From assembly GCF_963921235.1 (NCBI RefSeq), contig NC_086108.1:46316001-46380000 (forward strand): a stretch of 64,000 nucleotides of DNA, written 5' to 3'. The translations under genes and the position numbers were made by a program. This stretch comes from Mobula hypostoma (taxonomy: Eukaryota). Below are positions 1 to 12,226 of this stretch, one piece after another. The first letter of the stretch is position 1, and each line of letters begins with the position of its first letter. The notes beneath the pieces were generated by a model that searched no databases, was not told the origin of the DNA, and saw only the letters and a list, made by a program, of their open reading frames with translations.

Positions 1-430
1 ACATAGATGCCATGGCCAAGAAAGTGCACCAGCACGTCTACGTCCTTAGGATTCTGAAGATATTTGGCATGTCCACTTTGATCCTCACCAATTTTTAGTG
101 ATGCATTTCTCTATATGCATCAAGTTTTCATATTACAATAACACTGCCCATGATCACAAGAAACTGCAGAAAGTTGTGGACCCAGCTCAGCATATTACAG
201 GTTCCCTGGTATGTTAAGATGCACTCTGGATCTAACAAATTACTTTGTTATGAAGCTGCATCTTATTGACTACCAGTACTACACTTTATCCATAACTGCT
301 CTTCAACCAGAGGGGATAACTTCACACATTCCAACACAGAACTGTTCCCACAACCTATGAACTCACTATCAAGGGCTCTTCATCTCGTGTTCTCAATATT
401 GACTGTTTATTTATTTATTAGATTATAGCT
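1..430 (+). mobile_element. Degenerate 3' fragment of Rex1/L2-like LINE
   Basis: Start reads like the KKAHQRLYFLRRLKKFGM region also seen in the Rex1-like copy at 37.6-37.8 kb; heavily decayed, boundaries approximate. Confidence 0.5.
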
Positions 431-439
431 ATTGTATTT

Positions 440-2775
440 TTATTCTTTCTCAGCTCAAGCTGGTAAAATTTGAGGTATAGCCAAGCACACTCATTTCTCA
501 ATTTCTAGGAACATTCAGCCTATTCAATTAGTCATTAGTATTATGACTTTCTGGAGATTTACTGTACTGTATATAAATATTGCTGTGTAGGCTTAATTGT
601 TTAATGCTATTGTGTAGTGACTTTGGGTTGACACTAGTTGTAGATATTACTATTGGGAAAATGTATACCCTGTTCATGTTCCAGTCTTTCCAATTTCCTC
701 TTTTAATTTAGCATACTTCTGTCATTTTTCACTTATTCATTTCTCTATGTTGTGTATGTTTCGAAGGGCTCTATCTATTAAGTAAATTGTTCTTATTTTT
801 TATCCTGCATTATCCTGATAGAGCGTTGGCTGATTGGCAGGAAACAGAGAGTGGGAATAAAGGGATCCTATTCTGGTTGGCTGCCGGTTACCAGTGGTGT
901 TCCACAGGGATCAGTGTTGGGGCCACTTCTTTTTACATTGTACATCAACGATTTGGATTATGGAATAGATGGCTTTCTGGCTAAGTTTGCTGAGGATACG
1001 AAGATAGGTGGAGGGGCCGGTAGTGCTGCGGAAACGGAGAGTCTGCAGAGAGAGTTGGATGGATTGGAAGAATGGGCAGAGAAGTGGCAAATGAAGTACA
1101 ATGTTGGAAAGTGTATGGTTATGCACTTTGACAGAAAAAATAAACGGGCAGACTATTATTTAAATGGGGAAAGAATTCAAAGTTCTGAGACGCAACGGGA
1201 CTTTGGAGTCCTCGTACAGGATACTCTTAAAGTTAACCTCCAGGTTGAGTCAGTAGTGAAGAAGGCGAATGCAATGTTGGCTTTCATTTCTAGAGGAATA
1301 GAGTATAGGAGCAGGGATGTGATGTTGAGGCTCTATAAGGCGCTGGTGAGACCTCACTTGGAATACTGTGGGCAGTTTTGGTCTCCTTATTTAAGAAAGG
1401 ATGTGCTGACGTTGGAGAGGGTACAGAGAAGATTCACAGAATGATTCCGGGAATGAGAGGGTTAACATATGAGGAACGTTTGTCCGCTCGGACTGTATTC
1501 CTTGGAGTTTAGAAGAATGAGGGGAGACCTCATAGAAACATTTTGAATGTTGAAAGGCATGGACAGAGTGGATGTGGCAAAGTTGTTTCCCATGATGGGG
1601 GAGTCTAGTACGAGAGGGCATGACTTAAGGATTGAAGGGCGCCCATTCAGAACAGAAATGCGAAGAAATTTTTTTAGTCAGAGGGTGGTGAATCTATGGA
1701 ATTTGTTGCCACGGGCAGCAGTGGAGGCCAAGTCATTGGGTGTATTTAAGGCAGAGATTGATAGGTGTCTGAGCAGCCAGGGCATCAAAGGTTATGGTGA
1801 GAAGGCAGGGGAGTGGGACTAAATAGGAGAATGGATCAGCTCATGATAAAATGGTGGAGCAGACTCAATGGGCCAAATGGCCGACTTCTGCTCTTTTGTC
1901 TTATGGTCTTATTATTATATCTGAACAGTTATTATGGGTTGACCTATCTGTAATAATGGAGCAGTTGTAACTTGTGGAACTCTTGACTCTAAAACTGGAT
2001 CAGCCTTGTATTTATAGTAAGGTATGGTTTCTTCTATGAGTTTGTATTTTAAAGCAAGATTTTGGTGAATGATGTTTGCCATTTGATTGTTCCTGTGCAA
2101 GTAATCAGATTGAGTTAAACTGCTGCAGGATCCTGTTTCTGGTGTCCCTTGGCATTTTTCGCATTTATTGTGAATTTCTTGGTCTTTTATTATGTATTGT
2201 TGATATTATTGTGTTAACACCTGGACTTATATTGCCAAAAGGAACCCTTCTGTTTCTGGGAAGAGGTCTCCAACTTTGAGCTAGGCGTTTAATGCTTCCT
2301 TGTCAATATCTATTCTGCTCAGATCATGGGGATGTCTTCCATGGAGGGTCATGCTTTTCCATTGGTTAACTTTTTCTTCTATACTGATAATTTCTTCGTT
2401 TTTCTGGGCTGTGCTTTCATTTAAGTTTAGTGCTGTGTACTTCTTATTGGAATTGTGTATGCTAACATGGAGTGCTGAATCATGTTTTCGTTAATGAAAA
2501 GAAATCCTTAGAAGTTTTATCTGACTATTGTGTAATTTTTTAATGTCTGTTATTCCTCTTCCTCCTTCTGTCCTAGGTAGTGTTAATCTGAGTGTACATA
2601 GTGTTTTCCAAAAATTAGTCACTTCAGTTCTTATTTTTCTTTGTAAAATCTCCAGGTCGGTTTCAGACCAAGATATTATGTCAAAAGAATACATTAATAT
2701 GAGTATTGAGAAAGTGTTTATTTCCTTTGTTATATTTTCAGTATTGAGAGTTCTGTCTGGCCGATTTTCTTAAGC
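440..2775 (-). mobile_element. R4/Dong (Rex6)-like non-LTR retrotransposon, 3' part (RT C-terminus, post-RT region, restriction-like endonuclease), split by a CR1 insertion
   Basis: Minus-strand translation gives YSFDIISWSETDLEILQRKIRT, LRLTLPRTEGGRG, WKSMTLHGRHP, PETEGFLLA and MANIIHQNLALKYKL. After the CR1 it continues DIIMQDKKIRTIYLID...KYAKLKEEI...VYIFPIVIS, an RLE-like PD-(D/E)xK region. AT-rich, with many frameshifts. Confidence 0.7.
817..1912 (+). mobile_element. CR1-clade LINE, 5'-truncated, young
   Basis: ORF 851-1444 has SGVPQGSVLGPLLF, KFAEDTK and LVRPHLEYC; ORF 1547-1822 has RTRGH-like and FFSQRVVNLWN motifs; ends in a TCTTATGG-type tail. Confidence 0.95.
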
Positions 2776-3930
2776 CTTGAAGCAAATTGTGTCAGAAGTT
2801 AGTATCCTTTCTTTTTCCCTTTTGATATTTGCAGTATGTTGTCTTTCGTGCGTTGGAATTGGGTGTGGTCATTCTTTGATTCTATTGTGTTTCTTGTATT
2901 TACTGTGAATGCTTGCTAGAAAATTAATCTTAAGGTTCGATATGGTGACATGCTGTATATGTACTTTGATAATAAATTTGCTTTGAACTTTGGAACTTTA
3001 TTCTACATTCTGTAATTGTTTTACCTTGTTTTACCTCAACGTTGTAATGAACTGATCTGTGTAAATGGCATTTGTGTCACTGTACCTCAGTACTTGTGAT
3101 GCAAATAAACCAATTTACTAATTTACCAAACTAGGGCTGAAATATGACTGAGTGACATGATTCCTTTGCTTATGACACAGATAAACTGTCCTTAAAAGTT
3201 TTACTAATTAATCCACCATGTCAAAAACATATGTAAAAATATTCGACATTGATTTGGCTTCTAGAGAAATTATTTTATTTGGCTATAAATAATTTTAGTG
3301 AAACTATAAATATGAGGAAGATCTCAATGCTTTCTACATTCTCTATTTCAGCATAGTTGTAAACAGGTGCCAAAAGATTGATAGAGTTCAAATCTTTCCA
3401 TGTTGCTTCCTCTCCCCATAACTTCCTTTATTCAGAGCAAGTGCTGCATATCTTGCGAATTTTATCTTGCTAGTGCAAGCACCTGCACTAGCTTTTACCC
3501 CTGCCTTCACAAGCCTTCAAATCAACCACCAACAATGTGGAGTGCTCCCTCACTGAGCTCGGAAACCATCTCACTGCTGGTATTTTTAACCAGTTGGATT
3601 AAAACAGCAGAACCAACCTCTAAATAGTTTCATAGAAGTCCAAAGGTTGTGTTTAAAGATTAAGCTGCAGTTGGTAACTTCGAAAAGAATTGGATTACTT
3701 GCAAGACTGGTAGGTGATTTTAGGGTTTTGCTGATTTTTGATGACTTTGAATGTGACATCAGGGTGGATCTGTAAAGGGCAGATCACTTCTGATAAACTA
3801 ATTTATTCAAGGAGTGTTTAATGTAGTGGTAAAAATGCCTACAGACATTAGTTAACTAACTTCTCAGAGTCATTTGATGAAGTACTTCACAAAAAAACTG
3901 AGCTAAAGTGACAACCCATAGAATTGAAGA

Positions 3931-4986
3931 CATAAGACCATAAGACCATAAGACAAAGGAGCAGAAGTCGGCCATTCAGCCCATCGTGTCTGCTCCACCA
4001 TTTTATCATGAGCTGATCCATTCTCCTATTTAGCCCCACTCCCCCGCCTTCTCACCACAACCTTTGATGCCCTGGCTACTCAGACACCTATCAATCTCTG
4101 CCTTAAATACACCCACTGACTTGGCCTCCACTGCCGCCCGTGGCAACAAATTCCATAGATTCACCACCCTCTGACTAAAAAAAATTTCTTCGTGTTTCTG
4201 TTCTGAATGGGCGCCCTTCAATCCTTAAGTCATGCCCTCTCGTACTAGACTCCCCCATCATGGGAACCAACTTTGCCACATCCACTCTGTCCATGCCTTT
4301 TGACATTCAAAATGTTTCTATGAGGTCTCCCCTCATTCTTCTAAACTCCAAGGAATACAGTCCAAGAACGGACAAACATTCCTCATACGTTAACCCTCTC
4401 ATTCCCGGAATCATTCTAGTGAATCTTCTCTGTACCCTCTCCAACGTCAGCACATCCTTTCTTAAATAAGGAGACCAATCTGCCCACAGTACTCCAAGTG
4501 AGGTCTCACCAGTGCCTTATAGAGCCTCAACATCACATCCCTGCTCCTATACTCTATTCCTCTAGAAATGAAAGCCAACATTGCATTCGCCTTCTTCACC
4601 ACCGACTCAACCTGGAGGTTAATTTTAAGGGTATCCTGTACGAGGACTCCCAAGTCCCGTTGTATCTCGGAACTTTGAATTTTTTCCCCATTTAAATAAT
4701 AGTCTGCTCGTTTATTTCTTCTGCCAAAGTGCATAACCATACACTTTCCAACATTGTATTTCATTTGCCTCTTCTTTGCCCATTCTTCCAATCTATCCAA
4801 GTCTCTCTGCAGACTCTCTGTTTCCTCAGCACTACCGGCCCCTCCACCTATCTTCGTATCGTCAGCAAACTTAGCCAGAAAGCCATATATTCCATAATCC
4901 AAATCGTTGATGTACAATGTAAAAAGAAGTGGCCCCAACACGGACCCCTGTGGAACACCACTGGTAACTGGCAGCCAGCCAGAATA
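3931..4986 (-). mobile_element. CR1-clade LINE, 5'-truncated, same subfamily as 817-1912
   Basis: ORF 4462-5001 has SGVPQGSVLGPLLF and FADDTK; tail reads (CCATAAGA)n on + at 3931-3953. It sits inside an older, decayed + strand CR1 remnant (about 3730-3930 and 5020-5340). Confidence 0.95.
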
Positions 4987-5429
4987 TGCATGCAGGCGCA
5001 TATTGACATGACCAAAAGACTAATCAAATGACAGGACACTAAAATGTCCTTTCAGATGGACATGCACTCAAACAGGCAGATTGTTGCTAGTAATGCCCCA
5101 TAAGGATCTATGACAGCAACCACCACTCGCCTAATTACTAAAAAAAAGATAGATATTAAAAGATCCATATTTACCAATGAGAGAAAGATGGAAGATCTTG
5201 TAAGCTATTGAAATTTAAGTATTAAGTTACTGAAAAGGAATAAATTGGTCCAATTTCATCAGAAGAACATTATCTTTGGACCTATACAGGATAGAATGGA
5301 GTACTTTTTAAATGATGAAAAGCTGCTTTCAGTGGAGATCAGAAGTACCTTATGGATATTTTAACAGAACAGATTAGATTATGAAGACACACAGTCCTCT
5401 TTTATTATCATTTAGTAATGCATGCGTTA

Positions 5430-5760
5430 AGAGTCATAGAGTCGTAAAAAGGTAGAGCACAGAAACAGGCCCTTTGGCCCATCTAGTCCATGCCCTGCCC
5501 TTTAAGCTGCCTACTCCTTTTGACCTGCACGAGGACCATAACCCTTCATATCCTTCCCATCCATGGACCTATTCAAATTTCTCTTAAATGTTGAAATCGA
5601 GCTCTCATGCACCACTTGCACTGGCAGCTCATTCCACATTCTTATGACCCTTTGAGTGAAGTTTCCCCTTATGTCCCCCTTAAACTTTTCACCTTTCACC
5701 CTTAACCCATAGCATCTAGTTGTAGTCCCACACAACAGTAGGAAAAAGCCTGCTTGCATT
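5430..5760 (-). mobile_element. CR1-like LINE 3' fragment
   Basis: ORF 5511-5759 contains GEKFKGDIRGNFTQRVIRMWNELP, a CR1 C-terminal motif. Confidence 0.75.
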
Positions 5761-8166
5761 TAGATTATGGAAGATTCACAGCCATTTTTAAAACATACAT
5801 TATAAAATAGCCATGTGAAATACTAGCCTTTCAGAGGACTGAAAATAGGGAATAGTGCAGCTAAAGAAAGCCCTAATTCCGCCACAGCTGGAGGCTGGAA
5901 GCATTTCTGGGTACCTGCACTTCGGTCTAGGAAGCTGGTGTCGATTTAACACAACACCTCAGCTTCAAGAGTGAAATTGTGAAGAAAAATTACACAAATG
6001 AGGATTATATCTTCTGGAATTTAGAAGAATTAAAGAGTGATTAAGGTACAGAGATAGTAGATTCATGGATAAAAAGAAACCTGATTGAAAGTCTGTGACT
6101 GAACGGTATGGACTTCAACTTACAGTCAAGCCTTTCAAGAGACAAATTAGGAATTACTTCCATGCAGAAAAGCTGGTGGATATCAAAAACTCTCTGCTGC
6201 AAATTCCATCTGATGTTAATACTCAGTTTGAGACCGATTGTATTTTGTTAATTCAAAGGTTTGGAGTTAAATCATAGATCAACTATAACCTCATGGTAGA
6301 TCAGGCTCCAAGAGTATTACTGATCCAATCCACTTTACTCCTTTTTTATCCATAGTTCACTCACCTGGGTTCAGAATCAAAATTCAGACTTAGTCAAGTA
6401 CTATTCTTATTGCTTATGCAGAATAAATGGAACAGTTCTGATTCTATTATGGTTTCCCAAAGAAGATTTTTAAGTTCAGGGCTATAGAATTTTTTAAAAA
6501 GAACATTAGTGTTTGCTCCAGTAATCAATGCATTCAATTAGAGTATTAATCTAGCTATCATCAGGTATAATTAAATCTGTGTCTACAATCTGAAACAGCA
6601 TTGCTTGCAAACTAGAACATCATCTGTCCCGTTAGTATTTTGGACATTGTGTGGAAGAGAAATGTATTCTGATTAAATTTATTAATCTCTGCTTTTCAGA
6701 ATATCCAGGCTATTGTGTTCTAGAGCTGCTGGGCAAAGTGAACTAAGGTTAAATAGATGAGTTAATAACAGGAATTAATTTATATTTGAGAATGCACTGG
6801 AGAATTACAGCTAAAAGCTGTACCGGAGATCAAGGAAATTTCTTTTAACATATTTGTTTTCAACATAAGTTCTAAGAGGAAAAGAGAAGTCTTTAAAGCC
6901 ACCTCCTCTTCTGCTAATTGTATTTCAACTGTAGGTGCTGCTCAGAGATTTCAGCTTCTTGCATGTGCTGTTGTTTTTCTTTGCTCAGAAGGCTCACGAG
7001 AGACAGTTGTGAAAAAAATGTGCCTGAGACATAAATGAAGGAAACAGAGCAGGATTGCTGAACAATGACTTGACTACCTAACAAAATGCAAGAGGCAGCA
7101 AGAGATAACATCTGCTTATTGTGTGTGACAATTTTCAGGAAAGATCATAAATTTGCTGAATCTGTCTCCAAGACATCACATAGCTTCCAGGCACTAGACT
7201 TTGATTCTTTGTCTGTTTTTCATCTCTGTATATTAACAGGAGAAGCTTAGAGACGGGTAAAAATATTACAGTGATATTTTCAGTGAATCATCCCACTGGA
7301 GATTGGACTTGAATTTTCTTAACACTACTTAAGGAAATGTTATAATGGGTGAACTTCATACTTTCTAAATTGAGTAATTCTAAAGTGAGTAAAACAAGGA
7401 TACTTTAAATATTAAGGTTAAAATGCTACTACATTGTACAAAAACTAATGCTATAGTTGTAGGCAATACTGTTTCATTGGCTGGTTTCCACAAGAATTAT
7501 CTGAGTACAGAAATGGCTAATTGACCCCTGTTTGTTATATTATTGGTCAGGTTATCTAATGGCTTAAATAATGATCTGGGTTCAAATCTGAAAAATCTGA
7601 ATCTAATGACTTAAAATTAAAAATCAAAATGAATAATACAGTAGGTCAGACAACTTTTGTAGAAAGGAAGGTTAGGGATGAACTATAAATGCTAGCTACC
7701 AAAACCCTACAAAGAACTTTAAAGTTTGAGAACACCTTTTGAGAATTAAAACTGCTGTTACTTACCAGACAGGAACTAAAGTGGTTTTAATCTTATTGAA
7801 AACAGTTACTAGAAATAGATGATTTAGTAGTGTGGCAGGTGGCCCTTATAATTCTTCAAGGTCAGACTGACAGACTGAAACAGAAAGATGACTTAAGATT
7901 CTGTCCTCTCAGCAGACGGTTGTGCTGTTCTCAGTAATCGTCTGAGGGTTAACATACGTCTAACTGAGAGGTACTCTGACAATTTTCAGCATAAGTAGTT
8001 GAGGTGAGGAGGCTCAAGGCTCAATCTTCATATCTTTGGTGCTGGCGGAGACACAGGAGCATAGAAAATGGGAATTGGACGGGTTATTTGTTCCTGTAAG
8101 TTTTCTCCTCTGCTCACTTTGATCATGACAGGTCCGCTATCTCATTACTCTCTATACTCTTGGTAT

Positions 8167-8719
8167 GGGGTGTCAGGGAGGCGTAGCACCTCTGGTGGGA
8201 GAACATGTCGCGTCCTTTTCAAGGCGGTTAGTCCACCTTTGGTCCCCACCTGGCACTCAGCTCTCACCTGTGGCTCCCCGTAGCTGTTTGCATGTGACAG
8301 CGGCCACACCCCGGGCAACAGCTTCAACAAGCCAGCTAAACCAGGTGAGGGTAGCCGACGGGTCTCAAACCCTCGGTGAGATAGGGAGTTGTCTATCTCA
8401 GCATGTGAAGACAGACTCTGGCGGATTGAGCGGACGAGACCAATGGAAGTTCCAACGGTCAAGAAGGTGGTCTCTGCAAGCGTCGTGGAACGTGTAGAGC
8501 AGGACAAGACAACAGAAGATGTCCTGGTCATCCACTGCACCTAGTCCCATCTCCAGCCGCCTCGACTCTGTCTTGCCACTGGATCCAGATGGGAATTGGG
8601 AAGAGAGAGTGAGACTGACGCTGCGCAACTCTCCCTCACTTAAATCCAAATCACGCGCTAGTCTCGACACCATCATAATGGTGTTGAGGTCCTCATCGAC
8701 GTCGACAATAGACAAACGC
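8167..8719 (+). mobile_element. GC-rich non-coding insertion, probably a non-autonomous RTE-derived retroelement
   Basis: Flanked by an imperfect 13-bp duplication (ATACTCTTGGTAT 8154-8166 / ATACTCCTTGTAT 8720-8732) and lies at an old CR1 3' end. Has self-complementary 5' segments and no recognisable protein. Family assignment is inference. Confidence 0.55.
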
Positions 8720-8977
8720 ATACTCCTTGTATCCAGAAATCTATCCATCTGCTTCTTAAAAATATCAAGTGATTCACTTTCCACCATCTACTATATAGAG
8801 AATTCCACACGTTCAGCACTCTCTGAGTGAAGAAATTTCTCCTCATCTCAGTCCTAAATGATTCACCCTGCACCCAAAGACTGTGTCTCCTGGTTCTCAG
8901 CAGAAATCAAGGAAACATACTCCTTGCATTCAGCTTGAAATAACCTGCCAGAAATTTGTATGCTTGGATGTGATTCC

Positions 8978-9548
8978 CCAGGGGTGATAGTGGGGACAAG
9001 CTCCCATTACCTACTAAATGCTCCCAATGGCGTGCATCTCAAATAGACTCTGACAACCAAGTCCAGCTCCTGGCCTTCACGTGTGACTCAGGTACCAAGC
9101 CCAGCAGAAACATTTCTACTGACAGGAGGAGGGCCAAAAATGGGATGCTGGCAGCGTAAAACCATTCGCTTTGGGCAGAGGGGCTTACCGGCCATGGTCC
9201 TCAGCTCACCTAGGAAAAGGAAAACTCTGATCTCAAACCTGCGCTGTGATGCGGCTATACCCAGGCATTGGGAAGACTTTGGGGGTAAACCCTGAGTAAA
9301 AATCCGAAGGTGGAGTCCCTAAGGTAGTCCCATGTTAAGTTCAACACTAGTTAGCGATGCCTGTGACGCCGCTGGTGCCGGACTGTATTGGTCTTTGGCG
9401 TTCATTTGGATTCATCATCTGGGTGGAGGGGGAGTCTGCTACACAGGCAAGAGCTTGATCTCCATATCGTACTGCCCTGGCTTGTAAACCACATAGACAA
9501 CTGGGATGCAACATCCATGGTCAACCCTGACTAGGATAGGGCCTCAAA
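8978..9548 (+). mobile_element. Non-autonomous bipartite RTE-derived element
   Basis: Exact 11-bp TSD GATGTGATTCC (8967-8977 / 9549-9559). Contains AGGAAAACTCTGATCTCAAACC, an RTE 5'-region-like motif. Its 3' third is homologous to the tail of the CORE-SINE at 33045-33355. Confidence 0.7.
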
Positions 9549-9559
9549 GATGTGATTCC

Positions 9560-10140
9560 ATAAGACCGTAAGACCATAAGATCTAGGCAAAAAGTTAGCC
9601 CATTCAGTCCATCAAGTCTGCTCCACCATTCAACCATGACTGATTTATTTTCCCTCTCAGCCCCATTCTCCTGCCTCCTCCCGTAACCTTTGTCTCCCTA
9701 ACTAATCAAGAACCTATCCGCTTTAGGTACACCCCATAACTTGGCCTCCACAGCCATCTGTGGCAAAGAATTCCGCAGATTCACCACTCTCTGGCTAAAG
9801 AAATTCCTCCTCATCTCAGTTCTAAACTGACTTCCATTCTGAGGCTGTACCCTCTGATCTTAGTCTTTCCCACTAAAGGAAACATCCTCTCTATGTCCAT
9901 CGTATCCAGGCCATTCAATATTCATTTGGTTTCAATGATATCGCCCCACTCATTTTTCTAAACTCCAGTGAGCACAGGCCCAGCTACATCAAATGCTCCT
10001 TATACGTTAACCCTTTCATTTCCAAGATCATTCCAATAAACCTCCTCTGGACCCTCTCCAATGCCAGTACATCCTTTCTTAAATGAAGCTCAAAATCACT
10101 CACAATACTCCAAATGTAATCTGACTAATGCCTTATTAAG
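9560..10140 (-). mobile_element. CR1-clade LINE 3' fragment, followed by older CR1 remnants to about 11,270
   Basis: Tail CATAAGACCGTAAGACCATAAGA; sequence is homologous to the CR1 at 3931-4986. Confidence 0.8.
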
Positions 10141-11289
10141 CTTAAATTCCTTCTTTTTCCTTTTAATTTGGTGAATACTGACTTAGTTGGGCCAATTTTC
10201 CCTCATACAACAATCACTCCATCCCATAAATTGGAGCAGTGAACTTTTGTTGTCCTTACTTTGTAACAACTACATCGTTTTGTGGTTAAGGAGATGAAAA
10301 CTGCACACAACTCTTTAGGTGTGGTCTCTTCAGGACCGGTATAAATGAAACAAGATATACTTCCTTCTGCACTCAAAATATTTTACAATGAAGACAAACT
10401 TCCTACTTGCTTTCTTAAATGTATGCTTCATCTGTATGTTTGCATTCAGCAACTGGTGTACAAATATACGCAAGTCCCTGGCATATCAATGCTTACCAAT
10501 CTAACACAAGTTTCATAATACTCTTTCTGTCTACCATGATCATTTACATATTGTCCCATTTGCTTCATGTATTTGCCCATTTACTCGGATGGTCTAAATC
10601 GACCAGAAGCCTCTTTGCATCTGCTTCGCAATTCACAATTCCACCTATTTTTATTTATCACCAAACTTTAAAAAGACTGCATTTAGTTGTTTCATTTAAA
10701 TCAGTGATATACGGTTTATTGTAAATAGTTTGCAGACAAACGCTGATTCCTTTGGTGCCCAACTAGCCACCACCTGCCATCCCATTTATTTCTGGCTCAT
10801 AATCAATTTTTAATCTGTGCCAGTCTTAATGTTTCCATATTGCACACTAACCTCTTACATAGGATTTTGTTAAAGATCTAATACTAATCCAAATACACCA
10901 TATCCTCTGGTTTTCTCTTAGTTAATTCAGTTAAGTTCTCAAAAAACAACTCCAGTATGTTTGATTTCCTTCTTAATATCTATATTGACTTTATCTAATC
11001 CTACTGATGTGTGTTATCACATAGTTTGCCATTTTCTTGTCTGCTGATGATAGCCTTATTGCTCTATTGTTTACTGTTTTATTCCCCATAATTTTTAAAT
11101 ATTGGAATTGCATTTATTACTCTTTTTGACCCCAATCTCCAGGAGCCCTTCTATAATCAATCGAATCAATGCAGTACAATCTATTACTTCCATTGGTTAC
11201 AACTTTTGTATCTGGGATCTAGATCACTACATCCTGGTGATATATAACTCATCAGCCCATTAACATACTTTATACTTTATTGTTGCCAA

Positions 11290-11685
11290 ACAATTGATAC
11301 TAGAGCATGCAATCATCACAGCGATATTTGATTCTGCGTTTCTCGCTCCCTGGAGTACAAATCGATAGCAAATATTAAAAAATTAAATTATAATTCATAA
11401 ATAGAAAATAGAAAAGGGAAAGTAAGTTAGTGCAAAAAAACCAAGAGGCAGGTCCGGATATTTGGAGGGTACGGCCCAGATCCAGGTCAGGATCCGTTCA
11501 GCAGTCTTATCACAGTTGGAAAGATGCTGTTCCCAAATCTAGCCGTACAAATCTTCAAGCTCCTGAGACTTCTCCCGGAGGGAAGAGGGACGAAAAGTGT
11601 ATTGGCTGTATGGGTTGTGTCCTTGATTATCCTGGCAGCACTGCTCCGACAGCATGCGATGTAAAGTGAGTCCAAGGACGGAAGT
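11290..11685 (-). mobile_element. Rex1/Babar-like LINE 3' fragment
   Basis: ORF 11487-11675 reads RIIKDTTHTANTLFVPLPSGRSLRS...NSIFPTVIRLL. Confidence 0.75.
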
Positions 11686-11814
11686 TAACATCTACCAATA
11701 TCAACTTCCTTTCTCTTCTCACTTCCATTAGCTACTTGGTTCCCTGTTATCTCAGGGAAGTTGTGTGTAACCTCTTCTGTGGAGATGAACAAAAGTATCT
11801 GTTTATTGCTCTGT

Positions 11815-12226
11815 AACACACATAAAAATTGCTGGTGAACGCAGCAGGTCAGGCAGCATCTCTAGGAAGAGGTACAGTTGACGTTTCGGGCCGAGATCCT
11901 TCGTCGGAACTAACTGAAAGAAGAGTTAGTAAGAGATTTGAAAGTGGGAGGGGGAGGGGGAGATCCGAAATGATAGGAGAAGAAAGGAGGGGGGGATGGA
12001 GCCAAGAGCTGGACAGTTGATTAGCAAAAGGGATATGAGAGGATCATGGGACAGGAGGCCCAGGGAGAAAGAAAAGGGGGAGGGGGGAAGCCTAGAGGAT
12101 GGGCAAGGGGTATAGTGAGGGGGACAGAGGAAGAAAAAGGAGAGAGAGAAAGAGAATGTGTGTATATAAACAAATAACGGATCTGTTATTGAAATTCCAG
12201 CATCTGCAGATTTCCTTGTGTTTGTG
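11815..12226 (-). mobile_element. Penelope-like element terminal fragment with short inverted tail
   Basis: Exact 15-bp TSD TGTTTATTGCTCTGT (11800-11814 / 12227-12241). Homologous to the termini of the GIY-YIG-bearing copies at 24.4 and 49 kb. Hammerhead core is mutated (CCGACGA). Confidence 0.85.

Noticed and set aside
6300..7900. Possible exons of an upstream gene in unique AT-rich DNA
   Set aside because: No open frame with convincing splice sites or homology recognisable by eye; cannot be excluded without RNA data.
8145..8830. Several overlapping 100-130 aa ORFs
   Set aside because: Expected in GC-rich repeat sequence; they cross the element boundary and show no protein motif.
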